A stretch of DNA of 16,647 nt from a virus (lineage: Duplodnaviria > Heunggongvirae > Uroviricota > Caudoviricetes): the IMG/VR virus record IMGVR_UViG_2734482579_000003, one strand, 5' to 3'. The position numbers were made by a program, and so were the translations under genes. Below, one piece after another: positions 1 to 8,330 of the stretch. Numbering within the stretch: position 1 is the stretch's first letter; each line of letters opens with the position of its first letter. Below the pieces are notes generated by a model that saw only the letters and a program-made list of their open reading frames with translations, did not search any database and was not told where the DNA came from.

Positions 1-66
1 CTGCGTGGACTTCAGGTTGTCCTTCGCTTCGCGCGGGGTATGCCCCTTACTGCTGCCTTTACCCAT
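1..66 (-). CDS. J: Tail tip / host specificity protein J, N-terminal 22 codons (gene continues beyond window start)
   Basis: Reverse complement of 1..66 translates to MGKGSSKGHTPREAKDNLKSTQ, which I recognise as the lambda gpJ N-terminus. Start codon ATG at 66..64, about 60 nt downstream of the I stop as in lambda. Confidence 0.8.
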   Translation of the reverse strand, partial: MGKGSSKGHTPREAKDNLKSTQ

Positions 67-126
67 TCGTCATGCTCCATAAACGATAAAACCGCCCGGA
101 GGCGATTTCACATAAAACATTTTGCA

Positions 127-798
127 TCAGCGACCAATCACCACAACCTGACCACCGTCCCCTTCGTCTGCCGTGCTGATCTCCTGAGATACCACACGTG
201 ACCCCACGCGCATTTCACCATACAGAACAGGCATAACATTGCCCTGGGCAACCATGTTATCCAGTGAGGAGAAATAGGTGTTCTGCTTACCGTTATCCGT
301 TGTCTGTGTGCGGGGAGTTCTGGCTTTCGGTGCCAGCATCTGAGCCACACCGCCGAGCACCATACTGGCACCGAGAGAAAACAGAATGCCGGTCATACCA
401 CCGGCACCAATGGCAGCCCCCCATGCTGCAAGGGTGGCTCCGGCGGTAAAGAATGATCCGGCAATGGCGGCTGCTCCCAGGACAATCTGGAATACACCAC
501 CTGACTTGGCCCCGGCGACTCTGGGAACAATATGAATCACAGCGCCGTCAGGCAGAGCCTCATGTAACTGTGCCGTTAATCCGGACGTGCTAACATCCTG
601 CCCGGCAATACGCACCTGATACCAGCCGTCGCTCAGCTTCTGACGAAACGCAGGGAGCTGTGTGGCCATCGCCCGGATGGCTTCGGCACCCGTTTTCACA
701 CGAAGGTCGATGCGGCGGCCAAATCGTTGCAAATCCCCGTAAAGGCAGATGCGTGCCATGCCCGGTGACGCCAGAGGGAGTGTGTGCGTCGCTGCCAT
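127..798 (-). CDS. I: Tail tip assembly protein I (223 aa)
   Basis: ORF 127..798, 223 aa, same length as lambda gpI. Hydrophobic Gly/Ala-rich C-terminal half. Overlaps the 3' end of K by 103 nt in another frame, as in lambda. Confidence 0.9.
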   Translation of the reverse strand: MAATHTLPLASPGMARICLYGDLQRFGRRIDLRVKTGAEAIRAMATQLPAFRQKLSDGWYQVRIAGQDVSTSGLTAQLHEALPDGAVIHIVPRVAGAKSGGVFQIVLGAAAIAGSFFTAGATLAAWGAAIGAGGMTGILFSLGASMVLGGVAQMLAPKARTPRTQTTDNGKQNTYFSSLDNMVAQGNVMPVLYGEMRVGSRVVSQEISTADEGDGGQVVVIGR

Positions 799-1358
799 TT
801 GTCGGTATACCTCTCTCGTTTGCTCAGTTGTTCAGGAATATGGTGCAGCAGCTCGCCGTCACCACAGTAAATGGCGGCATGATTCGGCACCGATGAACCA
901 AAACAGCACAGCAGCACATCGCCCGGCTGCGCCGCTGACAACGGCACCTGATACAGCCCTGTGGCCTCCAGATTATCCAGATAGAGATTCTGACCGTGAC
1001 GCCACCAGTCATCCTCACGATGAAAATCCGGCATCTCAATCCCCGCCAGATGGTAAGCATCCCGGAACAGCGTGTAACAGTCCGTCACCCCGTGCTCAAA
1101 GCGCCGCCCGGTAAGATGTGGCACACAGCGGAACTTGTGAATCGCCCCCCGGCAGACCAGCCACCACGGCAAATCACTCTGCACCTGCAGCCGCCGGTCG
1201 GCCTCACTCAGCCAGGGCAGACCACCGTCCGGCTCACCGGAGATATTCACGCAGGGGAAATATCTTTCCCCCTCCGGCGTTCTTACCACGAAGCCGCACG
1301 ACTCCGCTGGAGCACATCGCCGGGCGTGCGCCAGAATCGCTGATTCTGTCTCTGTCAT
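696..1358 (-). CDS. K: Tail tip assembly protein K (MPN/JAB-like N-terminus, NlpC/P60-like C-terminus); 220-aa ORF, true start uncertain
   Basis: ORF 696..1358 sits between L and I. The motif GVTDCYTLFRDAY is consistent with an NlpC/P60 catalytic Cys region, and the N-terminus (ILAHARRCAPAESCGFVV) looks like an MPN-fold start. I remember lambda gpK as 199 aa, but the codon at the corresponding position here is GGC, not a start, so I kept the ORF start 5 nt after the L stop. Confidence 0.8.
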   Translation of the reverse strand: MTETESAILAHARRCAPAESCGFVVRTPEGERYFPCVNISGEPDGGLPWLSEADRRLQVQSDLPWWLVCRGAIHKFRCVPHLTGRRFEHGVTDCYTLFRDAYHLAGIEMPDFHREDDWWRHGQNLYLDNLEATGLYQVPLSAAQPGDVLLCCFGSSVPNHAAIYCGDGELLHHIPEQLSKRERYTDKWQRRTHSLWRHRAWHASAFTGICNDLAAASTFV

Positions 1359-1363
1359 GGGAT

Positions 1364-2062
1364 TTACTGCGAAAGTTTGTTAATGGAAAGGAAGCCGCCA
1401 AAGTTGCCGACGTTATTGCGAAACTTACAGCCACTCAGGCATTTGCTGCATTTATCCTTCGTGATGTCGGACGTTGGCTGGTCATATTCATCCGCGACCG
1501 CCGGACCGTGATAACCGCACTCATCGCCGCGATAGGTCCAGGTGCAGGTGTTGGCCAGCATGATACGTCCCGGAAAAACAGCGCCATCTGTTTCCGTCGG
1601 CGTGGACAGTACAAAAGAGGCACTCACCGCGCTCAGTTCGCTGCACTGCTCAATGCGCCAGCGGCTGATCACCTCCTGCTCCGGATCGGCGTCACTGTTT
1701 CCGTTGACGAAGTTCACCGCATCCAGAAAACGGGCGTAAACCTTACGCCGGACCACCGTTCCGCCGACCAGACTCTGTAGATCTTCCGCCATCCCGGTGA
1801 CCATACCGTACAGGTTAGAAACCATCAGCGTGGGGCGCGTACTGGTGCCTTTGCCATTCAGTTCAAAACCACTCCCCTGAATGGGATACGGCTGATACTG
1901 TCGCCCCTGCCAGGTGACCGGCTCACCTTTTTCGTTCTGCTCATTACAGAAAAAATAACGTTCTCCACCGACCTCTGTCAGATCGATTTCCCAGAGCACC
2001 ACGCTGGCCGACTGCTCCGCACGGGTGCATTCATTCAGTGTTTCCTGCCGGATATCCTGCAT
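1364..2062 (-). CDS. L: Minor tail / tail tip protein L (232 aa)
   Basis: ORF 1364..2062, 232 aa, same length and position as lambda gpL. Cys-rich C-terminus (CSKCLSGCKF) consistent with the gpL metal-binding region. Confidence 0.9.
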   Translation of the reverse strand: MQDIRQETLNECTRAEQSASVVLWEIDLTEVGGERYFFCNEQNEKGEPVTWQGRQYQPYPIQGSGFELNGKGTSTRPTLMVSNLYGMVTGMAEDLQSLVGGTVVRRKVYARFLDAVNFVNGNSDADPEQEVISRWRIEQCSELSAVSASFVLSTPTETDGAVFPGRIMLANTCTWTYRGDECGYHGPAVADEYDQPTSDITKDKCSKCLSGCKFRNNVGNFGGFLSINKLSQ

Positions 2063-2391
2063 CAGTTCACCACCTGTTCAAACTCTGCGCTGAACTCAAC
2101 ACGCAGCATACTGACCCGCGACGACCATTTTGCGCAGGTCACCTTTATCTGCCGCCACTCATAAGGCGGCGTCCACAGAAAGGCTTTCCAGCCCCCGTGC
2201 TCTTCCAGAAACGACTCCAGTACCATGGCCTCCTCACGGGGGACAGAAAGCGTCACGCTGTACGTTTTCAGGTTGGCATTCAGCCCGGCAGGCGCTCGCT
2301 GGGAATAGCCATCACCAAAGCGCACCTTTCTTACAGAAGGGGCCGAAGCCACATCCATACCGGGTTTCACTTTCCAGCGGAAGGTTTTCAT
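2062..2391 (-). CDS. M: Minor tail protein M (109 aa)
   Basis: ORF 2062..2391, 109 aa, same length as lambda gpM. Its stop overlaps the L start by 1 nt and its start overlaps the H stop, typical translational coupling. Confidence 0.9.
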   Translation of the reverse strand: MKTFRWKVKPGMDVASAPSVRKVRFGDGYSQRAPAGLNANLKTYSVTLSVPREEAMVLESFLEEHGGWKAFLWTPPYEWRQIKVTCAKWSSRVSMLRVEFSAEFEQVVN

Positions 2392-4949
2392 CGTCCACCT
2401 CCGGAGAACAGGCCACCATCACGCATCTGTGTCTGAATTTCATCACGGGCACCCTTGCGGGCCATGTCATACACGGCCTTCATCATCTGTGGACCTGGCA
2501 GACCATTCGTACCGTCGTTCTGAATCACCACGTGATTGTTCTGATTAAAATTAATGCCTTCAGCCCGCCGCATCTGCGCCGGACTTCCGGCACCGCCCAC
2601 ATAACCACCTTCCGCATAGCCGCGCATCAGCCGGTAGAGATTCCCCACGCCAATCCGGCTGGTTGCCTCCTTCGTGAAGACAAATTCACCACGGTGAACA
2701 ATCCCCGCTGGCTCATATTTGCCGCCGGTTCCCGTAAATCCCCCGGTTGCAAAATGGAATTTCACCGCAGCGGCCTGAATGGCTGTACCACCTGACGCGG
2801 ATGCGCCGCCACCAACAGCCCCGCCAATGGCGCTGCCGATACTCCCGACAATCCCCACCATTGCCTGCTTAAGCAGAATTTCTGTCATCATGGACAGCAC
2901 GGAGCGGGTGAAGCTGCGCCAGTTCTGTTCACTGCCGGTCAGCATCGCCGCCATATTCTGTGCAATACCATCAAAGGTCTGCGTGGCTGCACTTTTAACC
3001 TGTGACATACTGTCCGTGGCGCTCTCTTCCCACTCACTCCAGCCGGACTTCAGGCCTGCCATCCAGCTCCCGCGAAGCTGGTCTTCAGCCGCCCAGGTCT
3101 TTTTCTGCTCTGACATGACGTTATTCAGCGCCAGAGGATTATCGCCATACTGTTCCTTCAGGCGCTGTTCCGTGGCTTCCCGCGCTGCCTGCCGGTCAGT
3201 CAGCCCCCGGTTTTTCGCATCAATGGCTGCCCGTTTTGCCCGTTGCTGCTGTGCGAATTTATCCGCCTGCTGCGCCAGCGCATTCAGGTGCTCCTGATAC
3301 GTAACCTTGTCACCAAGTGCAGCCAGCTGGCGTTTGTACTCCAGCGTCTCGTCTTTATGCGCCAGCAGGGATTTCTCCTGTGCGGACAGCTGGCGACGTT
3401 GTGCCGCCTCCTCCAGTACCGCGAACTGACTTTCTGCCTTCCACAAATCCCGGCGCTGCTGGCTGATTTTCTCATTCGCTCCGGCATGCTTCTCCAGCGT
3501 CCGGAGTTCTGCCTGAAGCGTCAGCAGGGCCGCATGAGCACTGTCTTCCTGACGATCGCCCGCATACACCTTCACGCCGGACTGTTTCGGCTTTTTCAGC
3601 GTCGCTTCATAATCCTTTTTCGCCGCCGCCATCAGCGTGTTGTAATCTGCCTGCAGGATTTTTCCGTCTTTCAGTGCCTTGTTCAGTTCTTCCTGACGGG
3701 CGGTATATTTCTCCAGCGGCGTCTGCAGCCGTTCGTAAGCCTTCTGCGCCTCTTCGGTATATTTCAGCCGTGACGCTTCGGTATCGCTCTGCTGCTGCGC
3801 ATTTTTGTCCTGTTGACGCTGTTGATCTACCCTCTTTTGGGCTGCATCCCGCTCCAGGCGTTTTTTTTCACGATCATCCCAGTAACGCGCCCGTGCTTCA
3901 TCGTTAACGAAATAATCATCCTTGCGCAGATTCCAGATGTCGTCTGCTTTCTTAAACGCAGCCTCTGCCTTAATCAGCATCTCCTGCGCGGTATCAGGAC
4001 GACCAATATCCAGCACCGCATCCCACATGGATTTGAATGCACGTGCAGTCCTGTCTGCCCAGGTCTCCAGCGTGCCCATGTTCTCTTTCAGGCGGCGGGT
4101 CTGGTCATCAAACCCTTTCGTTGCGGCCTCGTTCGCCGCCTGCAATGCCCCGGCTTCATCGCCGGAACGCTGCAACTGAGCAACATACGCAATCTGCTCC
4201 GCCGTCACGTTATGGAACTGGCGTGCCATCGCCGTCAGCCCCGACGTCGGGTCTGTGGTCAGCTTCCCGAAGGCTTCAGCGACCTTGTCCACCTCCACGC
4301 CGGATGCATAGGAGAAACGCGCCACACTCTGGCTGATGGACGCAATCTGAGCCTCACCGCTTACCCCCGCCTTAACCAGTGCGCTGAGTGACTCGCTGGT
4401 CTGGTTAAACGTCAGCCCTGCCGCCTGCCCGGCTCTGGACAGGACCAGCATACGATCTGCCGTCAGTCCCGCCTGATTACCGGAAAGGACCAGCGTTTTG
4501 TTGAAATCGGACAGGGTTGAGTTGCCCTGATACCAGGCATACGCCAGCGCACCGGTCGCCACCGCCAGCGAGGTGGCCCCCACCATCGGCAGGGTGATCG
4601 CGCCGGCAAGCCCCCTGAACATGGGGATCATCCCGCCGAAGGAGTCCTTAACCTGACCACCCTGTTGCAGCAGGATCAGCCAGGGATTCTGCCCCCCTGC
4701 AAGCTGCGTGGCCACGTCGGTGAACTGTGCAGGCAGCATACGCATGGCGGCTTTATACTGCCCGACGGAAATCCCCGCTTTCTGTGCAGCCAGCGCCTGT
4801 CGGCTCAGCGACTGTTCAACGACTGCCGCTGTTTTTTTCGCATCACTTTCCGTACCGGAAAAATGACGCCTGACTCTGGCCATCTGCTCGTCAAATCTGG
4901 CCGCATCCAGACTCAAATCAACGACCAGATCGCCTACCGGTTCAGCCAT
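2388..4949 (-). CDS. H: Tail tape measure protein H (853 aa)
   Basis: ORF 2388..4949, 853 aa, same length as lambda gpH. N-terminus MAEPVGDLVVDLSLDAARFDEQ, long coiled-coil-like central region rich in E/K/Q/A, Gly-rich C-terminus. Overlaps the T-frame stop by 8 nt as in lambda. Confidence 0.95.
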   Translation of the reverse strand: MAEPVGDLVVDLSLDAARFDEQMARVRRHFSGTESDAKKTAAVVEQSLSRQALAAQKAGISVGQYKAAMRMLPAQFTDVATQLAGGQNPWLILLQQGGQVKDSFGGMIPMFRGLAGAITLPMVGATSLAVATGALAYAWYQGNSTLSDFNKTLVLSGNQAGLTADRMLVLSRAGQAAGLTFNQTSESLSALVKAGVSGEAQIASISQSVARFSYASGVEVDKVAEAFGKLTTDPTSGLTAMARQFHNVTAEQIAYVAQLQRSGDEAGALQAANEAATKGFDDQTRRLKENMGTLETWADRTARAFKSMWDAVLDIGRPDTAQEMLIKAEAAFKKADDIWNLRKDDYFVNDEARARYWDDREKKRLERDAAQKRVDQQRQQDKNAQQQSDTEASRLKYTEEAQKAYERLQTPLEKYTARQEELNKALKDGKILQADYNTLMAAAKKDYEATLKKPKQSGVKVYAGDRQEDSAHAALLTLQAELRTLEKHAGANEKISQQRRDLWKAESQFAVLEEAAQRRQLSAQEKSLLAHKDETLEYKRQLAALGDKVTYQEHLNALAQQADKFAQQQRAKRAAIDAKNRGLTDRQAAREATEQRLKEQYGDNPLALNNVMSEQKKTWAAEDQLRGSWMAGLKSGWSEWEESATDSMSQVKSAATQTFDGIAQNMAAMLTGSEQNWRSFTRSVLSMMTEILLKQAMVGIVGSIGSAIGGAVGGGASASGGTAIQAAAVKFHFATGGFTGTGGKYEPAGIVHRGEFVFTKEATSRIGVGNLYRLMRGYAEGGYVGGAGSPAQMRRAEGINFNQNNHVVIQNDGTNGLPGPQMMKAVYDMARKGARDEIQTQMRDGGLFSGGGR

Positions 4950-5780
4950 ACCGGACTCCTCCTGCGATCCCTTCTGATACTGTCATCAGCATTACGTCAT
5001 CCTCCGTCATGTCCGCCACATCCGGGGAAGCGGGGATAACTTCATTCCCGTCCGGGCCAAAGCGGACACCTCCGGCAAGCCCTGCCGCTTTCTGCATCAG
5101 CACATCATCTTCAGGCTCTTCGTCAGCCTCGCGCCGGTTCAGCAGACTGAAATCCAGCGGATGCATCTCCGGATCGCTGAAAAACAGGCTGAGCACGGTG
5201 TACGTCAGCCCGGAAAAGTGCATATCCAGCAGAACATCATGAAAATAATGGGTACTGTAAAAGCGGTGCCAGTCGGCATACTCCGTGGATGACATCCCGG
5301 CAAGCATGGCGCGCCAGTCGGGTCGCCCCATCTCACGCGCCAGTTTCAGGGCAAAACTCAGCTCACCGTCGAACACTTTCCCGCAGAAACAGGCTCTGCA
5401 GGCCCGGCGTCCTCTGCCTGTTCAGGAGCATCATTCACCACAAACTCATACATACCGGACAGCCGGTACACCACGTTTTCAGCATGAGAAATTGCCTCTG
5501 TGGGCCAGGTGGTAAGCACTTCCTGCTCAATCTGTTTAACGGCTTCATTCATGGACGGCATCTGCGTCTTCTTCGGATGGTTATGCCACAGGGACATCGC
5601 AACCACAAAAGCGCCGGTTCTGATGGCGTCTTCCACAGTAAACTTCCGGTTGCTGTCTGACTCCGCCTGTTCTGCCTGCCGTTTCATCAGGTCGAGATGC
5701 TCAATACGCTGCAGGGCTGACAGTTCAGAAAGCGTGACGGTCACACCGTTATGTTCAAATGATTCGGTTTTCAGGAACAT
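4942..5780 (-). CDS. G-T: Tail assembly chaperone G-T fusion made by programmed -1 ribosomal frameshift (G frame 5780..5379, then T frame to 4942)
   Basis: The T-frame ORF 4942..5376 (144 codons, as lambda T) is in the -1 frame relative to G and begins at the slippery site. T has no independent AUG; the tracked ORF starts on GTG inside the heptamer. Confidence 0.85.
5358..5780 (-). CDS. G: Tail assembly chaperone G (140 aa)
   Basis: ORF 5358..5780, 140 aa, same length as lambda gpG. Contains the slippery heptamer near its 3' end (Gly134-Lys135). Confidence 0.9.
   Translation of the reverse strand: MFLKTESFEHNGVTVTLSELSALQRIEHLDLMKRQAEQAESDSNRKFTVEDAIRTGAFVVAMSLWHNHPKKTQMPSMNEAVKQIEQEVLTTWPTEAISHAENVVYRLSGMYEFVVNDAPEQAEDAGPAEPVSAGKCSTVS
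5376..5382 (-). promoter_or_regulatory. -1 programmed ribosomal frameshift slippery heptamer G GGA AAG (G to G-T)
   Basis: Plus strand 5376..5382 is CTTTCCC, so the minus strand reads G GGA AAG with GGA and AAG as G codons 134-135. This is the classic X XXY YYZ motif and the sequence known for lambda G-T. Confidence 0.85.
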
Positions 5781-5795
5781 CGCTGACTCTCCGGA

Positions 5796-6536
5796 TTAAC
5801 TGGCGGTGACGTTGATTTCTGCAACCGCAGCAAACTCACCATTACCAGATACGACCGGAATGTTGACCTTGCCTGCAGCAACACCTTTCACGGTGATGGT
5901 CATACCACTGACCGACACGGTGGCTTTTGTTTTATCCGCAGACACCGCACGGAAGCTCTTGTCGGTTGCGCCATCCGGCTGGAATGCCACGGTCAGCGTG
6001 GTGCTCTGCCCTTTCACTACGGAAGCACTGGCGGGTGTCACCGTCATGCCGGTCGTCGCCGTCACCGTGCTGCGATCTTCTGCCATCGACGGACGTCCCA
6101 CATTGGTGACCTTCACCGTGCGGGTAATCACCTCCTTCGCCGTCACCGCCTTACCGATACTGCTGACCCAGCCACGGAACACATCGACCGTGCCGTTCGG
6201 GAAGCGGATTTTATAGGCACGGGTATCACCTTCATTAAACCACGCCAGCAGCGCCTGCTGCCCCTGCTCTCCGGGCATCCACGCCAGCGTGAAGCTGGTA
6301 TCTCCGGCAGATTTCTGCCCCTGCCCGGTCGCAGTCCAGTCTGCATCTTCATCATCGAGATAGCTGTCGTCATAGGACTCAGCGGTCAGTTCGCCGGGCG
6401 TCAGGTCTTTAACTTTTGCCAGACGCGACCAGTCAACGTCTGAAAGCGGGTTCGCATAAGGGTCACCGCTCCCCTTATAAACCCACAGGGTGGTCCCGGC
6501 ACCTTTCACCGGCATTGTAGGATTTGGTACAGGCAT
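5796..6536 (-). CDS. V: Major tail tube protein V (246 aa) with C-terminal Ig-like domain
   Basis: The tracked ORF (5796..6566) extends upstream, but the lambda gpV start [12 protein letters not shown] maps to the ATG at 6536..6534, giving 246 aa as in lambda. C-terminal about 90 aa ([21 protein letters not shown]...) resembles a bacterial Ig-like domain. Confidence 0.9.
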   Translation of the reverse strand: MPVPNPTMPVKGAGTTLWVYKGSGDPYANPLSDVDWSRLAKVKDLTPGELTAESYDDSYLDDEDADWTATGQGQKSAGDTSFTLAWMPGEQGQQALLAWFNEGDTRAYKIRFPNGTVDVFRGWVSSIGKAVTAKEVITRTVKVTNVGRPSMAEDRSTVTATTGMTVTPASASVVKGQSTTLTVAFQPDGATDKSFRAVSADKTKATVSVSGMTITVKGVAAGKVNIPVVSGNGEFAAVAEINVTAS

Positions 6537-6543
6537 AGCGTCC

Positions 6544-6939
6544 TCACATTTCATAGATAATGACATAAGTCAGATCGGCTGAACTCCACAGGCCCGCATC
6601 ATCGTCGCGCCGGTAGTCATAGCCGCTGGCCACCATACTGGTGATCAAATCTGACAGTGCCGGGATATCGCTCATCACAGGATAAATCCGGGACTCCATC
6701 CACGAATCCAGCTCTGAATCCGGCACCTGAGCAGGCAGGAAAACTTCAATATGCAGCTCCGCCTGCCAGGTATCGCTGTCCAGCTCTTCGCCCGTGTATT
6801 CAGCGCCGGTGAGATAAACGGCAATTGCCGGAAAATCTTCCTCATCAAAAACAGCGGGGCGACCATCAAAAAGCGTCGCCCCGGTGTCATGCTTCTCCAG
6901 TGCATCCAGTACGGCTGCACGGAGTTCAGTATGTTTCAT
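6544..6939 (-). CDS. U: Tail terminator protein U (131 aa)
   Basis: ORF 6544..6939, 131 aa, same length and position as lambda gpU. N-terminus [17 protein letters not shown]. Confidence 0.9.
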   Translation of the reverse strand: MKHTELRAAVLDALEKHDTGATLFDGRPAVFDEEDFPAIAVYLTGAEYTGEELDSDTWQAELHIEVFLPAQVPDSELDSWMESRIYPVMSDIPALSDLITSMVASGYDYRRDDDAGLWSSADLTYVIIYEM

Positions 6940-7514
6940 CGCTTTATTACCATTCTCAGTTGATGCTGCAGCGCATAGCCCAGCTCTTTCGGAAGACGTT
7001 CACGCCGTATCCGTTCAATATTCTGTTTAAACGCCGTGGTCAGCGGCACCGCCATCGGGATTTTCACCACATCAATGGGGTAACGGTTTTTCCCGGCCAC
7101 ACGCTGCATAACATGCCACCGGCCGTTTTTCAGTTGCTGAATAAACGCGCCGGGAATACGACGGTTACCCACCACAAGCACGCTGCCGCCACCTTTCAGG
7201 GATGAACGCTGCCCCTTTTTATGACGCCTGCGGCGGGACAGGACAACCCGCGCATTACCCAGCTTGATTACGGGCAAATCCCCCCGGTTAACTTTGATTC
7301 TGGCCTGCGGATTTTTGACCGTGGCCCTTTTCAGCCTGGCCCTTTCCTTTACCAGTTTCCGGCGTACCTTTGTCTCACGGGCAACCTGTGACGCAGACTG
7401 CGATATCGCGGATGAAGCAACGCGGTTAATGGCCATTGCGGCGGCACCGGGCACCGCCGTTTTGCTGATACGGCTGAGGTTTTCAACGGCCTGCTCAAGA
7501 CCTTTTATGGCCAT
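6936..7514 (-). CDS. Z: Tail completion protein Z (192 aa)
   Basis: ORF 6936..7514, 192 aa, same length as lambda gpZ. Very basic protein; 4-nt overlap with the U start. Confidence 0.9.
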   Translation of the reverse strand: MAIKGLEQAVENLSRISKTAVPGAAAMAINRVASSAISQSASQVARETKVRRKLVKERARLKRATVKNPQARIKVNRGDLPVIKLGNARVVLSRRRRHKKGQRSSLKGGGSVLVVGNRRIPGAFIQQLKNGRWHVMQRVAGKNRYPIDVVKIPMAVPLTTAFKQNIERIRRERLPKELGYALQHQLRMVIKR

Positions 7515-7525
7515 ACATCCCCCTT

Positions 7526-7879
7526 TCAGCGGCGACGGTTAACGGCAGGCGGTACGCCCCGTCCAAGCCAGAGATGACAACTTCCGCCATCATCCGGCGA
7601 AACCCGATCTACCCAGAAATTTTCCTCACCGATGGTCAGCGTGTCTCCACGCCGCAGCTGCCGCACCTCATCAGTCCGGACAAACAGGGACGGGCTGGAG
7701 CCTTCAACGCGCACGCCCTGTCCGGCATAGCTGATATTTTCAGGGTCATCAAAAACACCACGTATCACCGCACCTGACTGCTCACCGGATGTCATGGTGG
7801 CTGACGTTCCCATGTACCCGCGTATCGTTTCATCGGCGCGGGCAATGGCAGCATCGAACAGGTTATCGAAATCAGCCAC
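7526..7879 (-). CDS. FII: Head-tail connector / head completion protein FII (117 aa)
   Basis: ORF 7526..7879, 117 aa, same length as lambda gpFII. N-terminus MADFDNLFDAAIARADETIRG. Minus-strand sequence AAGGGGGA lies just upstream of the Z start. Confidence 0.9.
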   Translation of the reverse strand: MADFDNLFDAAIARADETIRGYMGTSATMTSGEQSGAVIRGVFDDPENISYAGQGVRVEGSSPSLFVRTDEVRQLRRGDTLTIGEENFWVDRVSPDDGGSCHLWLGRGVPPAVNRRR

Positions 7880-7890
7880 AGCGCCTCCCG

Positions 7891-8289
7891 TTATTGCATT
7901 CTGGCCAGGCCGCGCTCTGTCATTTCGGCTGCCACACCGGCAGAGACACGAAACGCCGTTCCCGGCAGCACAAATGCCACAGGTTTATCCCGCGTGGCGT
8001 GAAGTGCATCAGTATGCAGCGTCACCAGTGCCACGACCGTGACCAGTTCAGCCGTATCCTGAATCACGGTATCCGGCTGCGCTGATACCACCTCATTTTC
8101 ATGCCCGGTCAGCACATTTTCCCGGCTGAGAGGGGTGTCCTGACCGGCAGTTTCATCCGTGTCATCAAGCTCTTCTTCCAGCTCTGCCACACGAAGCGCC
8201 AGTTCTTCTTTCGTTCCCGTCAAACTGACATCGCGGTTCAATTGCTCACCCAGCTCCTGAAGACGGGCAATCAGTTCATCTTTCGTCAT
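7891..8289 (-). CDS. FI: DNA packaging accessory protein FI (132 aa)
   Basis: Tracked ORF is 145 aa, but the lambda gpFI start MTKDELIARL maps to the ATG at 8289..8287, giving 132 aa. GGAGGAG Shine-Dalgarno lies 5 nt upstream of that ATG on the minus strand. Confidence 0.85.
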   Translation of the reverse strand: MTKDELIARLQELGEQLNRDVSLTGTKEELALRVAELEEELDDTDETAGQDTPLSRENVLTGHENEVVSAQPDTVIQDTAELVTVVALVTLHTDALHATRDKPVAFVLPGTAFRVSAGVAAEMTERGLARMQ

Positions 8290-8310
8290 GAACTCCTCCA
8301 CAGAGAGAAA

Positions 8311-8328
8311 ATGGCCCCGAAGGGCCAT
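8311..8328 (-). terminator. Stable stem-loop (7-bp GC-rich stem, UUCG tetraloop) followed by a U-rich stretch, between E stop and FI start
   Basis: Minus-strand RNA reads UAA-UC-AUGGCCC-UUCG-GGGCCAU-UUUCUCUCUG-UGGAGGAG-UUC-AUG. Plus strand 8311..8328 is atggccccgaagggccat, a perfect inverted repeat. Confidence 0.4.
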
Positions 8329-8330
8329 GA

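Noticed and set aside
1118-1780. 220-aa plus-strand ORF antisense to K and L
   Set aside because: Lies entirely antisense to two well-supported lambda tail genes in GC-rich DNA, where long spurious antisense frames are common. Pro/Arg/Ala-rich low-complexity translation and no ribosome-binding site.
2130-2795. 221-aa plus-strand ORF antisense to M and H
   Set aside because: Same reasoning: antisense to the tape measure gene, biased composition, no independent support.
3243-4391. Several plus-strand ORFs of 85-192 aa inside H
   Set aside because: All are antisense or out of frame within the 853-aa tape measure gene, with Cys/Arg/Leu-rich junk-like translations.
5796-6566. Upstream-extended V start (256 aa) overlapping U
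   Set aside because: The conserved gpV N-terminus MPVPNPT begins at the internal ATG at 6536; the 10-codon extension would overlap the U coding region.
8289-8328. Upstream-extended FI start (145 aa)
   Set aside because: The GGAGGAG Shine-Dalgarno is positioned for the ATG at 8289, and the extension would run through the E-FI hairpin.
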